From Mytilus edulis (Eukaryota): a DNA stretch of 64,000 nucleotides. Made by a program: the position numbers and the translations under genes. Positions 48,566 to 63,292 of this stretch are shown one piece after another; position 1 is the stretch's first letter, and each line of letters opens with the position of its first letter. Below the pieces are notes generated by a model, which saw only the letters and a program-made list of their open reading frames with translations, had not been told where the DNA came from and made no database searches. Location: the NCBI RefSeq assembly GCF_963676685.1, contig NC_092347.1, forward strand, positions 82,460,001-82,524,000. Reading direction: 5' to 3'.

Positions 48566-50476
48566 CCACTATAAATAAATATGTTTAAACTAAACAAACT
48601 GCCCGACTGCCTCACTTTTTTGCGTTGGCAATCATACCAGTTCTCCTTGTATTTTGATTGATAAACACAAGTCCATGTAAATTGAGAAACATACATGCCA
48701 TTTATTTTCACTAAAAGTGTTGTTTTTTTTTTTATAAATTTCTGACTACCGAATTCATATAGACCAACATATTTCACATTAGAATTCTATAGTTCATAAG
48801 AGAAGTTTCAAATCCCCTAAATTTCGGACGTGGATTAAATGATTCAATGAAGTAAGTAATAAGTTCCAATAAGTATTTTTTTTCTTTCATTAGAACATAA
48901 AGAAATAAAAAAGGAACACTGTTTTAAAGAAATTTGTTCCTAAATAAAAACAAATTACACTGTACAACAAACGGTTATAGCGTACAATTTTCCTATTGTT
49001 AAGTATTATATACTTCAGTACGTTCGCTCATTGAAGGCTGATATATGAAATAATAATTCAAAAAATAAATAAAAACAGAATAAACAAAAAAGGTATCTTT
49101 TGGCTTTGCTGGAATTGCTTACCTCTATTTGTCAGTGTGATTTGAGTACCTGAAGTTGAAGTTTTCTGTGCAAAGTGTTGTTGCCTATTGTGTTGTCTTG
49201 AGCCTAGTTTGTCCCCTTCGATTATGGTTAAGATTGCCCCTTGGTATCACCTACCTTTATTGTGGTGACAAAAAACAAAACCTTTCTCCCTTGCCATGCT
49301 TCACCTTGTACAACCTTCAGTTTTCTGTGTAATGTTTTTATAACAATGGTTACTGTATTAAGGAGCACATTACTGCGGACCTACTTATATACAAATGTAA
49401 ATTGGTGCAAAATTGTTAATACATGTTGCCTTTCTTATGAAAAGGGAGATGAGGTATGATTGCCAATGAGATAATTTCTTTATACATGTGGTAAATGTTT
49501 TCAACTCTGCTCCTCGAGGTAGACATCACATATTCTTCAGTGTAAAGTGTAACAAAGACCTGATCTGTTGTAAATTTTTCCTTTGACAACAAGGTTTAAT
49601 GTCATCAACATGGGGGCAATATTCTTCATCTTATATTACAAAAATATCTCCCCACTATAAAGCTAGTTACAATTGTCCTTTATTGGTACAACACATATAG
49701 CGACTAATATGTACTACAAACTGTTTAAGGGTTTCGATATTGAAAGCTTCAAGTCTGATTCAATATTAAAAGCTTCAAGTCTGATTCGATATTGAAAGTT
49801 TCAAGTCTAGACTTTCTGATTGATTATTGCAAGTTTCCCATTCATAAATGATCTGACTGGCCACGTAATAAAAAGGTGACCTTAATACTGCCAACAACAC
49901 TTTTCTACGAAATGTGCCAACTATAGCGAGATACTATTGTGAGCGTTAATCCATAAACGAAAAATACAACTTAAAATTTAAAACTGATTAATTTCAAGAC
50001 TATCTCGTCCTGTCCTTAACATGCATGGAATATTTGCAACTGCACGTTACAAACCCAACTAAAAATACATTCAAGACTATCCAAGATAATGGGTACAACG
50101 TAAAAGTTAACTATTTCTGAATAAGCGTAAGGCTTTTAGCCCGTTGATACAAATCAGAATAAAAACAACCTAATTATAGTCCCACTCATGCTACAAAGAA
50201 CTTAATGTTAATTCCTGCCCTTCCTTTATAATAAATATGTTTTTGTCTGGCAGACAAAGTTTGAATACTAGTATAATACAAATTAAGTATTTGAATTCGA
50301 AACCCACCATAAGTTTTACTCCCTAGACACTTATCAAAAAGGATATTCTGGACAATCATATATCTGTGTTTTTCTTTTGGAAGTTTAACCAAAGTTGAAG
50401 AACTGTATCTCCTTCACTGTCCTGCATGAAAAAATCCAATAAATATGATTTAAACGATCAATGTTATATTGCTTAA

Positions 50477-52070
50477 ATAATCCACAATGCCTTTCAACAT
50501 AAAAATGGTAGCATACGCTATAAATTTATTACTTTGGGATTTCATCAGGCATATTTCGTTAATAGTGACAAACAAAAAGGTAAAACATGCTACACAGAAG
50601 AACAAGTGATCAGTATGCTGGAGTTTCTTATCGACAACATATTTGTTGAGTTTGGAGGTAGACTTTTCCAACAAATTGTAGGCATTACCATGGGAACAAA
50701 CTGTGCGCCTCTTCTTGCCGACCTGTTCTTATTTTCATATGAATCGGAGTTCCTCTAGACACTTGTCAAAAACAAGAGGATCAAAGAAGCCAGATTATTT
50801 AATTTCACTTTCAGATATATTGATGATGTTCTTTCCATAAACAATCCGAACTTTTCTGATTGAGTTCCATTAATATATCGGGCGATATCTTTTCTTTTTG
50901 CGCCAAAAAGTAACTCATTTGCGCCACAACTTAATTGCGCCAATACTTCTTTTGCGCCACATAATTTTCAAAACTATAGGTATCATTTGCGCCAATGAAA
51001 TAATCATCTAATTTGCGCCAATTTTATTTATTTTTATTTATATATAACAACTAAATGATTGACTTCCATCCTTCTATTTTTGGGCTTGGGTCCGGCAGTT
51101 TACCGACTGGCGGAGTTAAAGTCATTTTAATAACGAAATGTATGCTGAATTAAAACGTTCACCCGTATATATACAGTTAAAACCATATAAAATGTCTCTG
51201 TTCATCATTGAATTAAAGGCTGGTATTTGTAGTTGAGAATAGACACATATTCATTTCTGCTTACTTCTCTACTCATTAGTTCTTTACAAATGCCTGACGG
51301 AATTTGTGTTCTTCGACAATAATGACCGGTTTTCCTCTATCAGACTCAAGTTTTTGAATGGTATATCAGACATCTTGACTCGTGAAAAAACTCGTGAAAA
51401 AAATATTCTATTACTAAACAATCTATTTTTTGGTGAGTTTTCTTAAATTTGATAAGTGTTCAGTGGAAAGGTTAATTATAATACATGTATGATATTGGTA
51501 AAACATGTACATGTATGATATAGGTAAAAAATATTTACAGGTAAATCTGGCGCAATTTCATTTCATTTATTGGCGCAATTAATACCATCAAAATAAAAGA
51601 CAGTGGCGCAATTAATACCTTTTCAAAACTGCAATTGGCGCAAATTGATTCTGCCCAATATATCCCCCAGAACTAGAGATTAAAGAAACAACAGACACGG
51701 CTTCTTTCGCCTCATTTTTAGACTTATATCTGGAATTTGACTTACACAGTCATCTCAGTACCAGAATCTATGACAAATGAGACGATTTTAATTTTGAAAT
51801 TATAAATTTCCCCCACCTTAGTAGCAATATACCAACTTCACCTGCATATGGGATATATATTTCCCAACTTATTCGATATTCAAGAGCTTGCAGCTCATAT
51901 TCCGACTTTGTAAAACGTCATCAGTGTCTGAATAGAAAGTTGATGAACCAGGGTTATATCAAAGAACGTCCCGTCCTTTTTTTTAAAAAGTTCATCGGAA
52001 GGTACCAAGACCTTGTTGATAAATATTCCGTATCAATTCTCAAATAATACACGATGGTCTTGATGTATAG
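50477..52070 (+). pseudogene. Penelope-like retroelement reverse transcriptase, degenerate (stops) and interrupted by a MITE
   Basis: QQIVGITMGTNCAPLLADLFL, FRYIDD, LIY|PPELEIKET, FLDL, SSNIPTSPAYGIYISQLIRYSRACS; putative 3' region continues to ~52950. Confidence 0.88.
50880..51656. mobile_element. Non-autonomous TIR element, 777 bp, GGGC ends, 8-bp TSD (Merlin-like)
   Basis: AATATATC at 50872-50879 and 51657-51664; multiple GCGCCA motifs at left and TGGCGC at right; removal restores the Penelope RT frame. Confidence 0.85.
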
Positions 52071-53974
52071 ATTCTGCGTACTGATGTTGTTTATCATCTT
52101 AACAACGTGTTTTATAATTCATCATTTGTCTTTGTTCTATTATTAATATTACTTTTACTGTTGAATGGTTTTATGTGATATTCGTTTGACGTGGCTCGGT
52201 ACTTAAATATCTCGTCAATGTGTTTGTATTGGCTTTCATTGTTTGGTGGTTTGTTTTGTATATGCGACTTTTTATATTTCTTTTGTTCTTATAACGTGAC
52301 TCTGTACTTTAAAAGATCCCGTCAGTATGATATTGTTCTATTATATGTCATTATGATATATTTCTATTATGAATTACTATATACGTTGAACCACAAACGT
52401 CAAAATCATCCAATCGCGTAGTGGAATTTACTATTTGTGGATTCTTATAAATTCTATATTATTATTATACTTTTGGACTAGTTTAAATCTCGGTCTATTT
52501 CTGAAATTTATTCTTACATACTTTTGATTACATTGAACGACAAATTTATTTGACGTATACAATTTTCTGACGTCAGACACTCAAATCAATGAATGTGTTC
52601 GTAGATGGTAGATGTTTTTTGTGTTCTGTTAAATTATTCATTTTAAAATTGTTATGAACGATGATGACTGATGTAGCCATATTTTGACTATTTCTTTTAT
52701 TGTGTCATTTAACGCATCAATGTAAATATAACGGAATTTTATGAGACTGTCATTAAAGTGAGAGGGTTAGCGCTATAGAACCAGGTTTAATCCACCATTT
52801 TCTACATTTGAAAATGCCTGTACCAAGTCAGGAATATGACAGTTCTTGTCCATTCGTTTTTGATACGTTTTGTTTTTTTATTTTGCCATGTGATTATGGA
52901 CTTTCAGAATTGATTTTCCTCTAAGTTCAGTATTTTTGTGATTTTACTTTTTGCTGGTTCTACCAAATGTTCTACAAAACCTTTTTCTAAATCATCAAAA
53001 GAATAACTAATGTATGATATATCAATATACTGTTTAAGAAGGGATAAATCATTATTTTTACGTACAACTATAAAAGTTCCCGAAATTACAAATGTAAAAC
53101 AATTCACGAGAAAACCGCCAGTCTGACATACTGTACATGTCGCTTTTTTGGGGAGAGTACGTAGCTCCCTTTCGATTTACAATGTTTTATTTGCCTTCTA
53201 GAGTAACGGAACTTTTACTGCCAAATTTAAATCAGTTTTAGTGTACGCGCTGTGAGATTTTCTTGCAGGTTTTACCAGCAATGCCATTTACTGCAGAAGC
53301 TGCTTATTTGTTTACCAGCGTTGTAGCGTCTATATGTTTTTGTACAGTTTTATCACAATTGATTTTAGTAACGACTTTTCGATTGTTCAATAAAATGCAA
53401 ACAATGTTTGTCGGAAAGTATATATAAACTTAAAGCTGGTTTTGATATTGGACAATGTGTCTCGTTTCGTTTCTGGAAAAAAAGATACAACGAAAGCGTA
53501 AACAAAGTTTTAATTGTCTTTTTTGAAGCATAAGTAGTTAATGCATGTTTCCTTTGTATTCCATTTTTTGTACTTAAATGACATTTGCTTCATGTTTAAG
53601 CTACACTTTTGATTGTGTTAAATTCAATTGTAATGAACCTTTTGAAACCCTTCTAAAACTGTATATAAATATTTATCAATACATTGCAATTTAACGCGGT
53701 ATATCTCCCTTCTCTATATATCTATACTGATTTTGATCATAGAGATTTTACTATTAAGTCAAAACATTATATAAGTTTACAATTCAAAAGCCTGCATTAT
53801 GGCCTGGGTGCAATGCGCTTACTAGTATTCTTTGTTTCTTATTTTTTTGTCAATTCAGAATTTGATTATAGTTGTTAAGGTTCCATTGTGATTGTTTCGG
53901 TCTTTTATTTGCATTCTTGTCTACGCGCTGGACGATTTTCTTTAAATATAAAAAATAAATAAAAGAAAATTGTT

Positions 53975-54264
53975 GTCAAAGGTACCAGGATTATAATTTA
54001 ATACGTCAGACGCGCGTTTCGTCTACATAAGACTCATTTGTGACGCTCAGATCAAAATAGTTGTAAAGCCAAACAGGTTCAAAGTTGAAGAGCATTGAGG
54101 ACCCAAAATTCCAAAAAGTTGTGCCAAATAAGGCTAAGGTAATCTATTCCTGGGATAAGAGAATCCTTAGTTTTTCGAAAAATTGAATGTTTTGTAACAG
54201 AAAATTCATAAAAATGACCATATAATTGATATTCATGTCAACATCGAAGTGCTGACTACTGGGC
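53975..54264 (-). mobile_element. Retrozyme-like copy with mutated hammerhead core
   Basis: Homologous to 24825-25125; core reads CAAATGA instead of CTGATGA. Confidence 0.75.
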
Positions 54265-55438
54265 AAAAAAATCTAAATATACACATTATAAATTTAATAT
54301 TATAAGATTAAATAAATTAATCATATAATACATTGTTGTGATGGAAATCACAATTTTAGTCACAATATCATTTATTTTGTTTTATTGTAAATTTTGCCAC
54401 CATATGTCCAATGAAAAACACGTAATGTCAGACACATATTTTTGAGGATACTATATGTTTTTACTATCTATTTTCATATAAAGTCAAACCATGAATCATG
54501 GCAATTTCTATCAATTATAAAATCATACCGTCTCAATAACAGCATAAAACAAAATTCAGCAAAACACTGGCTATACATATTTTATTCATTTATCAATGAA
54601 ATGAGCATTATTTTTTCGAAGAATAGCAATTTTATAACTTCATTAGCTAAATATTTTTTTCATTATCCTGCTTTAGATTTTTAATAAAGACTGAGCAAAA
54701 GTTGGACTTAAGATACTAAAGGGAATTTATACGCTTTACTTGGAAATAAAGACATGGCTAAAATAGAAAGCAAATTAGACCAAACACGAAACAACATTAA
54801 ACAAAACACAACATATAAAAATAAAGAATCAGCAGAAAAAACTAACGAATCTTCAACAAGAACCCCACAAAAAAATGTTCCAATATGTAGATTAGTATAT
54901 TATAATCAAACAAATTTCAAATTCAATTCCTGATCAGAAATTCTGAACATCTCAGGAAACACATATTTTCCTTCCACCAATGCAACAGTTAATTGTGCGA
55001 CCTAAAAGCTAAATACTAAATCTGATTACAATAAAGATCATGTATACAAGGTATATGCGTTATGTCAGTAAAGCTTAGAAATAGTATCTGTATTTAAAAC
55101 AGATTGTGAAGATATTCTTACGGAAATCCAAAAGTCAATAATTCAAATTACATTACTATGAATAAGGTATCCGTTTGCACAGTGTATCATTGCCTTTTGA
55201 TTTGAATGATTATTATGAATGTAAAATAATTGATAATTAATTATATAATACCAGTGCAATGTATTTACATGAACAAACCTTTATAAAATATAAATAAAGA
55301 TAGTATTCAATTGATCACAGATCAAATCTATTCACTTTCAGGCCATTAGCTATTTAGGATTCCATGACGCTTTGATATAGATTGAAATGTAAATAAAATG
55401 ATTGATTCACCAAAGTCTTAGTCCGCAGTCGTTTGATA

Positions 55439-55496
55439 ATGATGGTTACGTATAAGGTGTTCCTGATGTTGGTTTTCCTGCTCCTACAATGTCAAG
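55439..55496 (+). CDS. nAChR-like subunit gene B, coding exon 1 (signal peptide MMVTYKVFLMLVFLLLQCQ-G)
   Basis: ATG, hydrophobic core, CAAG|gtaagg phase-1 donor matching the acceptor at 57631. Confidence 0.8.
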
Positions 55497-56237
55497 GTAA
55501 GGGAAACAATTATTTTATTCTTATAATTAATTGTTTATAGTTCAGTAAGTAAGATACGTATCATGAATATTCATATAATTCTTTATTTGCCATGACGGCA
55601 AGCAGGGTAAACCATACATCTTATATAATTATGGCTTTATATAACTACGCTTATATTTATTGATATAAACTCGGAATAAGAAATTAAAAAAAAACGTGAT
55701 TAAAAAGAATCGGCGATGTCTCATTTTTAAATCTATCTTCATGATTTTGTGACTTTCTTATTATGCATGAAGTATGTCACTGCAATGTCGTCTAATTTTA
55801 TGGGTTCAAAAATCATTGTCTTGCGATAGTTTTAGAAAGGTAGGAGATCTCCTTATTCTCCTGCTTTGCATGCATCACGCGCATTTACACTTATTCAAAC
55901 TATTTCAATCGAAATTGGACACAGTCGGTAAAATTACAGATTAGGTAGAACTCCATAGTTAGTTAATAAAATTTTGATTTAGCCAAAAAAGTTTAATCAT
56001 TTCCTTTTCTTGGTTTTCTTATATATTAAGCCGACTGTTTGTGTCTTGCATGTGTTTATGTATATAATCAATATCTTCCATAGATTTGATTTATAAAAAT
56101 GTTCGAATGATGAAATATTTTATATTTATTTTGTATCTATGGCAACATTCTACACTTATAACATATAAAATATTGAAAGAAGGGGCATGCAAATGTCACA
56201 TATTCTCCCAACATTTGGTTCAAACTAGAATTTCAAT

Positions 56238-56450
56238 CGGCATAAGCCTGCTCTTTTTCGAAATCTACAAGGGTGTCTTTAACGTGCAAGAGATATGGCT
56301 CTCTCTTAACACGGGTCAGTCATTTATCGTCCCCTCCAGACGGTCTATCATCGTTTCCTCAAGACCATACTCGCAAATGGTGTCAAGGAAAACCGAAAAT
56401 TCAGTTCCAGAAATGTTCATCCCGGAACCAACCAGGAACCTTTGTGTTAG
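56238..56450 (-). mobile_element. tRNA-related SINE fragment, same family as 48410-48565
   Basis: Inverted homology; B-box-like ggttcc/ggttccggg near 56420-56440 on the minus strand. Confidence 0.55.
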
Positions 56451-57630
56451 TACGATACTTCTTATTGTGCTGCTTCATTTGTGACCCTTCAAATGTCGCT
56501 ATGAAGAGTAGGAAAACATGATGTTGTATCATAATCGTTGTTTGCTTTACACCCAGCCATATTTGACGACGCACAAGATGACAATAAAACAACTTTGGTC
56601 CGTCTTAATACTAATTAATTACAAAATGTGCTCATGTTTCCGGAATGCAGTTGCAAATTTGATTCTAAAACATTTTAGTTCTTACAGACTTTTATTTTTT
56701 TCGGGTTTGGCTTTACTCTTTATACATTTTGGTTTATCATCTGTTAAAGGTTTGTACCATTTGGTTTTTTGTCTCGAGCTTCACTGGAGAGACAATAATT
56801 ATCGTATGGGATGATTATACAATAAAAGGTCATTATGAACGATTTTATAACACCAGTCTCGTTGCCATGGGAAAACATCGGACAGTCAATAAACAGTCGT
56901 ATATTTGTATCATGATTAATAATGCATTAATCTTATATATAAAAAAAAAGAGTTAATATTCAGTACTTGGTCTAAATGATATTAATTATTCCCACAGTAA
57001 ATCTTATTAACGAGTAATTCTCTTGTATGAAATAAGCTTCTTTTTCCGAATAAAAAATATGCCTCTAGAGTCCAGAAACAACTTTTTAAATTTTAAACGT
57101 TTTCTTTAATCATCTATTGTTAGTTGTTGTTTCGTTTTTTGCAATCAAATACGACCCAACTTTCGACAATCTTACGACTTTCTATATAATAGTATTAAAA
57201 GTACTTTAAAGTAGAAATGATATGTAGCCCCCTTTTTATTAAAGAAACACGATGATGTTCAAACTTCTTTAGCCTTTACAACTATTTGATTTTAAAAGTA
57301 TTTGCTATAATAATTGTACTTGTTTTTTTTTCCGTTTAATTTACATCTTTCTCTTTGCATTCTTACATCAAAGTTTTCAAAATCTGTCTATTCATAAGAG
57401 GTCTCTATTCTTAACAGTATCAGTCAAGTCTGAACTTTACTTATAAATGAACGAATCTTTAAATTTATTTCCTCCATGTATATGAAGATTTTGCATACAA
57501 AAAGAAAACAAGTAATTATTTACACAATAAACAAAATATCATACATTTTGAGATAAATACTAACAGTTCGAGTTTTGCATCGGGATACAGTATCAATCAA
57601 GTATGACCGTAACTTATGTATATTTCACAG

Positions 57631-57767
57631 GTTTAAAAAGCCACATGATTGATGACTTAGCAGACTCGTTGTTTATTGGTTACAAAGAGGCTGTTCGCCC
57701 ACAGTGCCAAGCAAATGACACAACAACTGTTGATCTGTATATGTCCCTCAGACAAATCATAGACATT
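57631..57767 (+). CDS. nAChR-like subunit gene B, coding exon 2 (G-LKSHMIDDLADSLFIGYKEAVRPQCQANDTTTVDLYMSLRQIIDI)
   Basis: tttcacag acceptor, gtaagt donor, phase 1 to 0; LF.GY...VRP and SLRQIID motifs typical of nAChR N-termini. The next 45-bp exon was not found in the window. Confidence 0.88.
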
Positions 57768-60700
57768 GTAAGTGACACAAATATCAATATAATAAAGTTC
57801 TGAATAATTCATCGGTCATATTAATTCAAATCAGGGGTTTGGTATGAAATGATTAATACGGAAAACAAACAGAAATTATGCCATTCACAATTACTTCATG
57901 ACAATTAATTTATTTTCTCTTACGGATGTGCAAAGAGTAATGCACTTAAACAAAGCAAATCAAACATCAGCATGCATAGAGTCGAAGTGACAGTTATGGA
58001 AAATCTATTGCCTTGCGTCATATTGTACTTAACCCGCCTTAATGAATGGGTGTTTCCATGGATTAAACAATCCTAGTCAACATGTGCCTGTTTGAACTGT
58101 TTTAAGAAGTGCTATTTCAGGTGGGGAAATGAGATGTTTAACTTTATATTATTTTCAGATAATTTTACAAATTAGAAGATACTCTTTGTAGTAGTGCTCA
58201 TATTAAGTCGGTGCCTATATTAGGCAGAAACGAAATGGAATATGTACCCCTGCTTTGCCAATTTTTGATATAGGGCGATAGTTCGAACCCCGACCGTTTA
58301 AAACTTAAGACTTTGAAATTGGGGTTTCCTACTTCTGCCTTTATCACGCAGCATAAGTTCTAGGAGCATTATGTTACATTGACTCCGAGCCGAACAGTCT
58401 CTGGGTAGGGTGACATGTCTTCCAGCGGACTGGTGCAAACTGGGACGTAAAAACCAGACTCAGCGACACGTTCTAATATAAAAAAAAAGGGTTAATTTTA
58501 CATTAACATGTTTCGTCCTGAATATGCATTTAATTTGCCGCTAGATGTTAAGCAGCTATTCATTATCATCATCATCACCAATTTGAACATGTTTAACGTA
58601 CCCACAGGGGGTTTAAAAAGTTCATAGAGGCAAAGTTTTTTAACCTTACATGCAAATGAAATGATCACAGTAGAAAACACAACGTAACCCGATATAACTT
58701 AAACTTTCATGTTAAACATGTTGAGTAAAGGGAGGGAGGGACTGTGGAAAGTCTGTCTAAACTTTGTAACTATTACACTTATAACCAAAGCTCATACGGA
58801 CTAGCTTCAAAAGACATTTAGTAACTAACACACATGTGTTGGGACCATCCTCTGAGTGCAGAAATTTCTCGCTGTATTAAAGACCTATTGGTGGCCTTGT
58901 GCCGTTTTCTGCTTTTAGGAAGGGTTGTTGTCTCTTTGACATATTCCTCATTTCCTTCTCAATTTTATTATTTGGAAACAATCCACATAGTAGACTTTTA
59001 CCACCTGCACATTTCAAATGAATGGGAATCAATAAATTGCGGCTACAAGATTACAACCAATTAAATGGTATATTAAAAGGATTTAGGAAAATAATCCAAT
59101 AACCATGACATAGACCCATTTGATTAATGTTAATTCCAGATTGATGACTTGTTTCGACTTAATTCCCTAAATAACGAATGAAATATTCATGAAATTGTTG
59201 TAATATTATCAACCGACAAACACACCAGCAAATATTGCTTTGTTTTATGCATTAATTATTTACAAACCGTCAAGGAAAATACATAAATAATTGCTATTTT
59301 CTTTCACATTAAAACCTTTGAAGGTATAATATCACTATTATAAAGTCAATCTGTTCGAAAAATTATCCTTGTATGGTCGGTATAATATTCAACGCTAAAC
59401 GAGTAATTAATCTAGTAATCAAACATTACAGTTACGATGAACTATTTATACAGATCGTATTAATAGACAAGACTAGTGTAAGATTAACTTTGTGACAAGC
59501 AAGGTGAACACTAATGCAACAGCACAAAAAGTAAACATGCAATATGAAAAAAAGCAAATGTGATATGATTGCCAGCGTGACAATATTCCAAGTTCAACGT
59601 GAATATACACAATTATACGCAACCGTACGGCCTTCAATAATGAGAAAACCAACACCACAATGTATATTGGGCTACAAATGGTCCTGACATGAAAAATGTG
59701 AACAATTCAAACGAGAAAACTAACATTCTAGTATATATAACAAAACAATTTACACAAACAAGACGACAGACAAGTACCAAAGACAACAACTAAACTTCAG
59801 GCACATGATTTGTGGTAGGTTCATAAAGAACGTAGCGGGGTATAACAATGATTGTGAGCTCAACCCTCTTCTAAAGGACAAGGTACGATAAGCACCAGAG
59901 AACGGCCCCCTAATTTCGTTCAAATTAAAAGTGACTTGCTATTAAATATAATACATTATTTTTAAAGTTTAAAACCTATATTTTTGTAAACATTAATAGA
60001 TTTTTCAACTTCCGTTGATATTATTCATGCCCTGTTGCTGTAAAGACCTCAAGATTCTGGAAAAGGGCAGAAAAATGGCAGTTTCCAAACCTTTTTCTGC
60101 ATTTTAAGCTATGAGCGTACCTACGACCCACGATCATATTTATACCAGGCATTCCTTGAACATAAATGTTGATGCAGTTCAAATATTTTAGTGGGTCGTA
60201 AGTACGCTCATAGTTAAAAATTCAAAAAAAGTGACAAAAAATCGTCGTTGTTTTCATTGAATCATCAAAATTTTTAACCGAACTGCGGACCGGAGATGAA
60301 TTCCGGTTTTTACTAGATCCGACGACGGAAATGTATTCTTGCTACGCTATAATAATGGCTAGTTTCTTTAGGAAGAAAAATAAACATATTTGAAACAGGA
60401 AAACAGGATATTCCTTTACTCATTATTCTTGAATTTAAAGTTTTAGCAGACCGTCGAAATATGACCCAAAATTAGACGGAACTGTGATAAACTTCAGAGA
60501 AATACTGGGAACGTTATTGTGAATGAATATAATAACTGGTTCATACTCAAAAAGTGCATATACGTATTTTGTTTCATAATTGACAAAATCGTCGCCCTGG
60601 AATGTTTTCATCTCCGTTGACACTTTTGTGAAAAGTGCTTTCTTTCACGTCCGCATTTCTACCAAGTATGGCATGCCAAGTTAACATTTTAGACAATCAT

Positions 60701-61238
60701 TTCATAAAAATACAGATGGCGAAAATAAACTACAGAACTGTGAATAATAACATACATTGTTATTCATATCACATAAGTAGACACCATGTGACAATTTTAA
60801 TTAGTTAATTGTGTAAGTGTAACAATAATCAAGATTAAACAAAACTATCCAACACTTTTATGATCTAAATTATGTATCTTCAGTTAATATTTATTTGGTC
60901 ATGGTGTTGAATTTATTGGACTTATTATTTGTAATTGTCACCTGCCTTCTCGTTGTTCTATCTTGACGACAACGCGTGCTACTTCGTATTTCTTCTAAAA
61001 TAACAGCACTACATGTATAATGAATTTAAACATATTCAAAAGAATAAAAGCTTCTTTTATTTTTTAATCAGATATTTACACGTCAAAGAAAATAAAATAA
61101 GTATTGAATATGAAAGGAATAAAACGCATCATAATTAAAGATATCTTGCTTGTAAGACGTGTGTTTCGCATACAAAAGACTCATCAGTGACGGTCGAATA
61201 AAAAATGTCAAATGACCATATTAAAAAGGCTCAAAATT

Positions 61239-61276
<38 letters not shown>

Positions 61277-61880
61277 TGAATAAAGGTTTTTTATTCCTGA
61301 ATATATTATCCGTAGTTTTTGCAAACACTATACAGTTTTGTTAACAGTTAATTCATAAAAGTTACTATTTCAATAATAATTCATGTTTACACAAAGTGCT
61401 AACTTTTGGACATCATGTTGCTGCATGGGTTGTTTGTTTCATTAATTGTTATTGTGCTATACCTTAAAAGGTTACAGTCCGTTGGAAGACATATTACCCT
61501 AACTTGACACTCCGATCCAACTACTTTTTGTTCTTACCCCTTAATGCAAATTGATTGACGGAAATCAGCAAATACCATTTTTTAAGTCTTAAGTTTGACC
61601 AGGCCGGTGTCAGAACCCACGATATCAGGCGTTTTAATTCATTTATTATATTTATTAAATTGTACAATGAATTAATAAAAGGGTGCATACTGTAAGAATC
61701 CATCTTATATGAATCCGCGCTTAAACATACACATCCACCCAAAAGAAATAACTTTTGCAACATAGAGTGGGAGGCCCATATTCGCCGGGGACACAATTTC
61801 GCCGTTTTATGATTTTGAGGTATAAACACTTCAAAGGATGGCTGAAATGGAAGAAAATATGCCGATAAATTATAATTTTA

Positions 61881-63292
61881 CTAGAACACACCCGCGAAAT
61901 CGCGGTCATTCAGAGCGTAGTTTAAAGTATGTAAAGTGTTGTTGGAAGAATTTTGTAAAATATTGAATGACTGGAGAATTTCAGCAAAAGTATCATAAGT
62001 CATAGGTCATTATTTCCAAAATTCGCAATTTTTGGTTTTCTATCAATTTCAATATGAACATACATTTAGTGTGTTATGAACATTTAAGTAAGGAGCCTGT
62101 AATTCAGTGGTTGTCGTTTGTTTATGTGTTACATATTCGTTTTTCGTTCATTTTTTTGTGCATAAATAAGGCCGCTAGTTTTCTGGTTTGAATTGTTTTA
62201 CATTGCCAGTTCGGGGCCTTTTAAAGCTGAGTATGTGGTATGGGCTTTGCTCGTTGTTGAAGGTCGTACGGTGACCTATAGTTGTTAATTTCTGTGTCAT
62301 AGTGGTCTCTTGTGAAGAGTTGTCTCAACATGGCAATCATACCACATCTTTTTTTTTGTAATGTTGTAATCAATGAATTTTGTAAAAGATTTAATGACTG
62401 GAGAATTTTAGAAAAGGTATCAAAAGTTCACATGAATATTTTTAGCGCTTATCTAGAGTTGTCTCAACATGGCAATCATACCACATCTTCTTTTTTTGTG
62501 TAATCAATGAATTTTGTAAAAGATTTAATGACTGGAGAATTTTAGAAAAGGTATCAAAAGTTCACATGAATATTTTTAGCGCTTATCTAGAGTTGTCTCA
62601 ACATGGCAATCATACCACATCTTCTTTTTTTGTGTAATCAATGATTTTTGAAAAAGATTTAATGACTGGAGAATTTTAGAAAAGGTATCAAAAGTTCACA
62701 TGAATATTTTTAGCGCTTATCTGTATAATATGAACACTCATTACAGTAACTATAAAAATATAGTGTATTTACTTTCAATTCTAAGTTTACTAATCGATTC
62801 ATGGTGGTCATTGCCAATTTGGTATAGTATACACACGTGAGTATACAGACTCTCTCTATTTAATAAACTCTGTGACCGCCGTAGATAGTAAATTCTAAGT
62901 TTACTAATCGATCCATGGTGGTCATTGATATGGTATACATACTCTCTCTATTTAATAAACTCTGTGACCGCCGTTGATAGTAAACTTGAAAATGATAGCA
63001 GATAGAATTCTGAAAATACACTTTATTCTTTGTATATATATGTTCAAAGTATACAGAAAAACGCAAACCGGAAGTCTAATCTGACTTAAAATTTCGTCCA
63101 ATGACGGGACAATATCCGGATGCCTTTTTTCTCGTTTTTCTCCCAAAATAACTCAATCTGAATAATCATATGAATGGATGACAAATGCGACTATGCACTG
63201 TACCTATAGGACACAGAGGCGTGTTGATTAATTTATTGTGGAAAGAAGAGAAGCGACACCCAAAATGAGGTCTTCTCGTTTAATAGTATAGA
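61881..63292 (-). mobile_element. Non-autonomous Helitron (1412 bp) with internal tandem duplications
   Basis: Minus strand A|TCTATACTATTAAA...CCGCGA-TT-TCGCGG hairpin-GTGTGTT-CTAG|T: TC start, CTAG end, inserted between A and T; ~133-140 bp unit x3 at 62317-62722. Confidence 0.85.

Noticed and set aside
59874-60700. Possible Kolobok-like left end with an internal inverted repeat (60109-60130 vs 60193-60212)
   Set aside because: No matching right end or TSD found.
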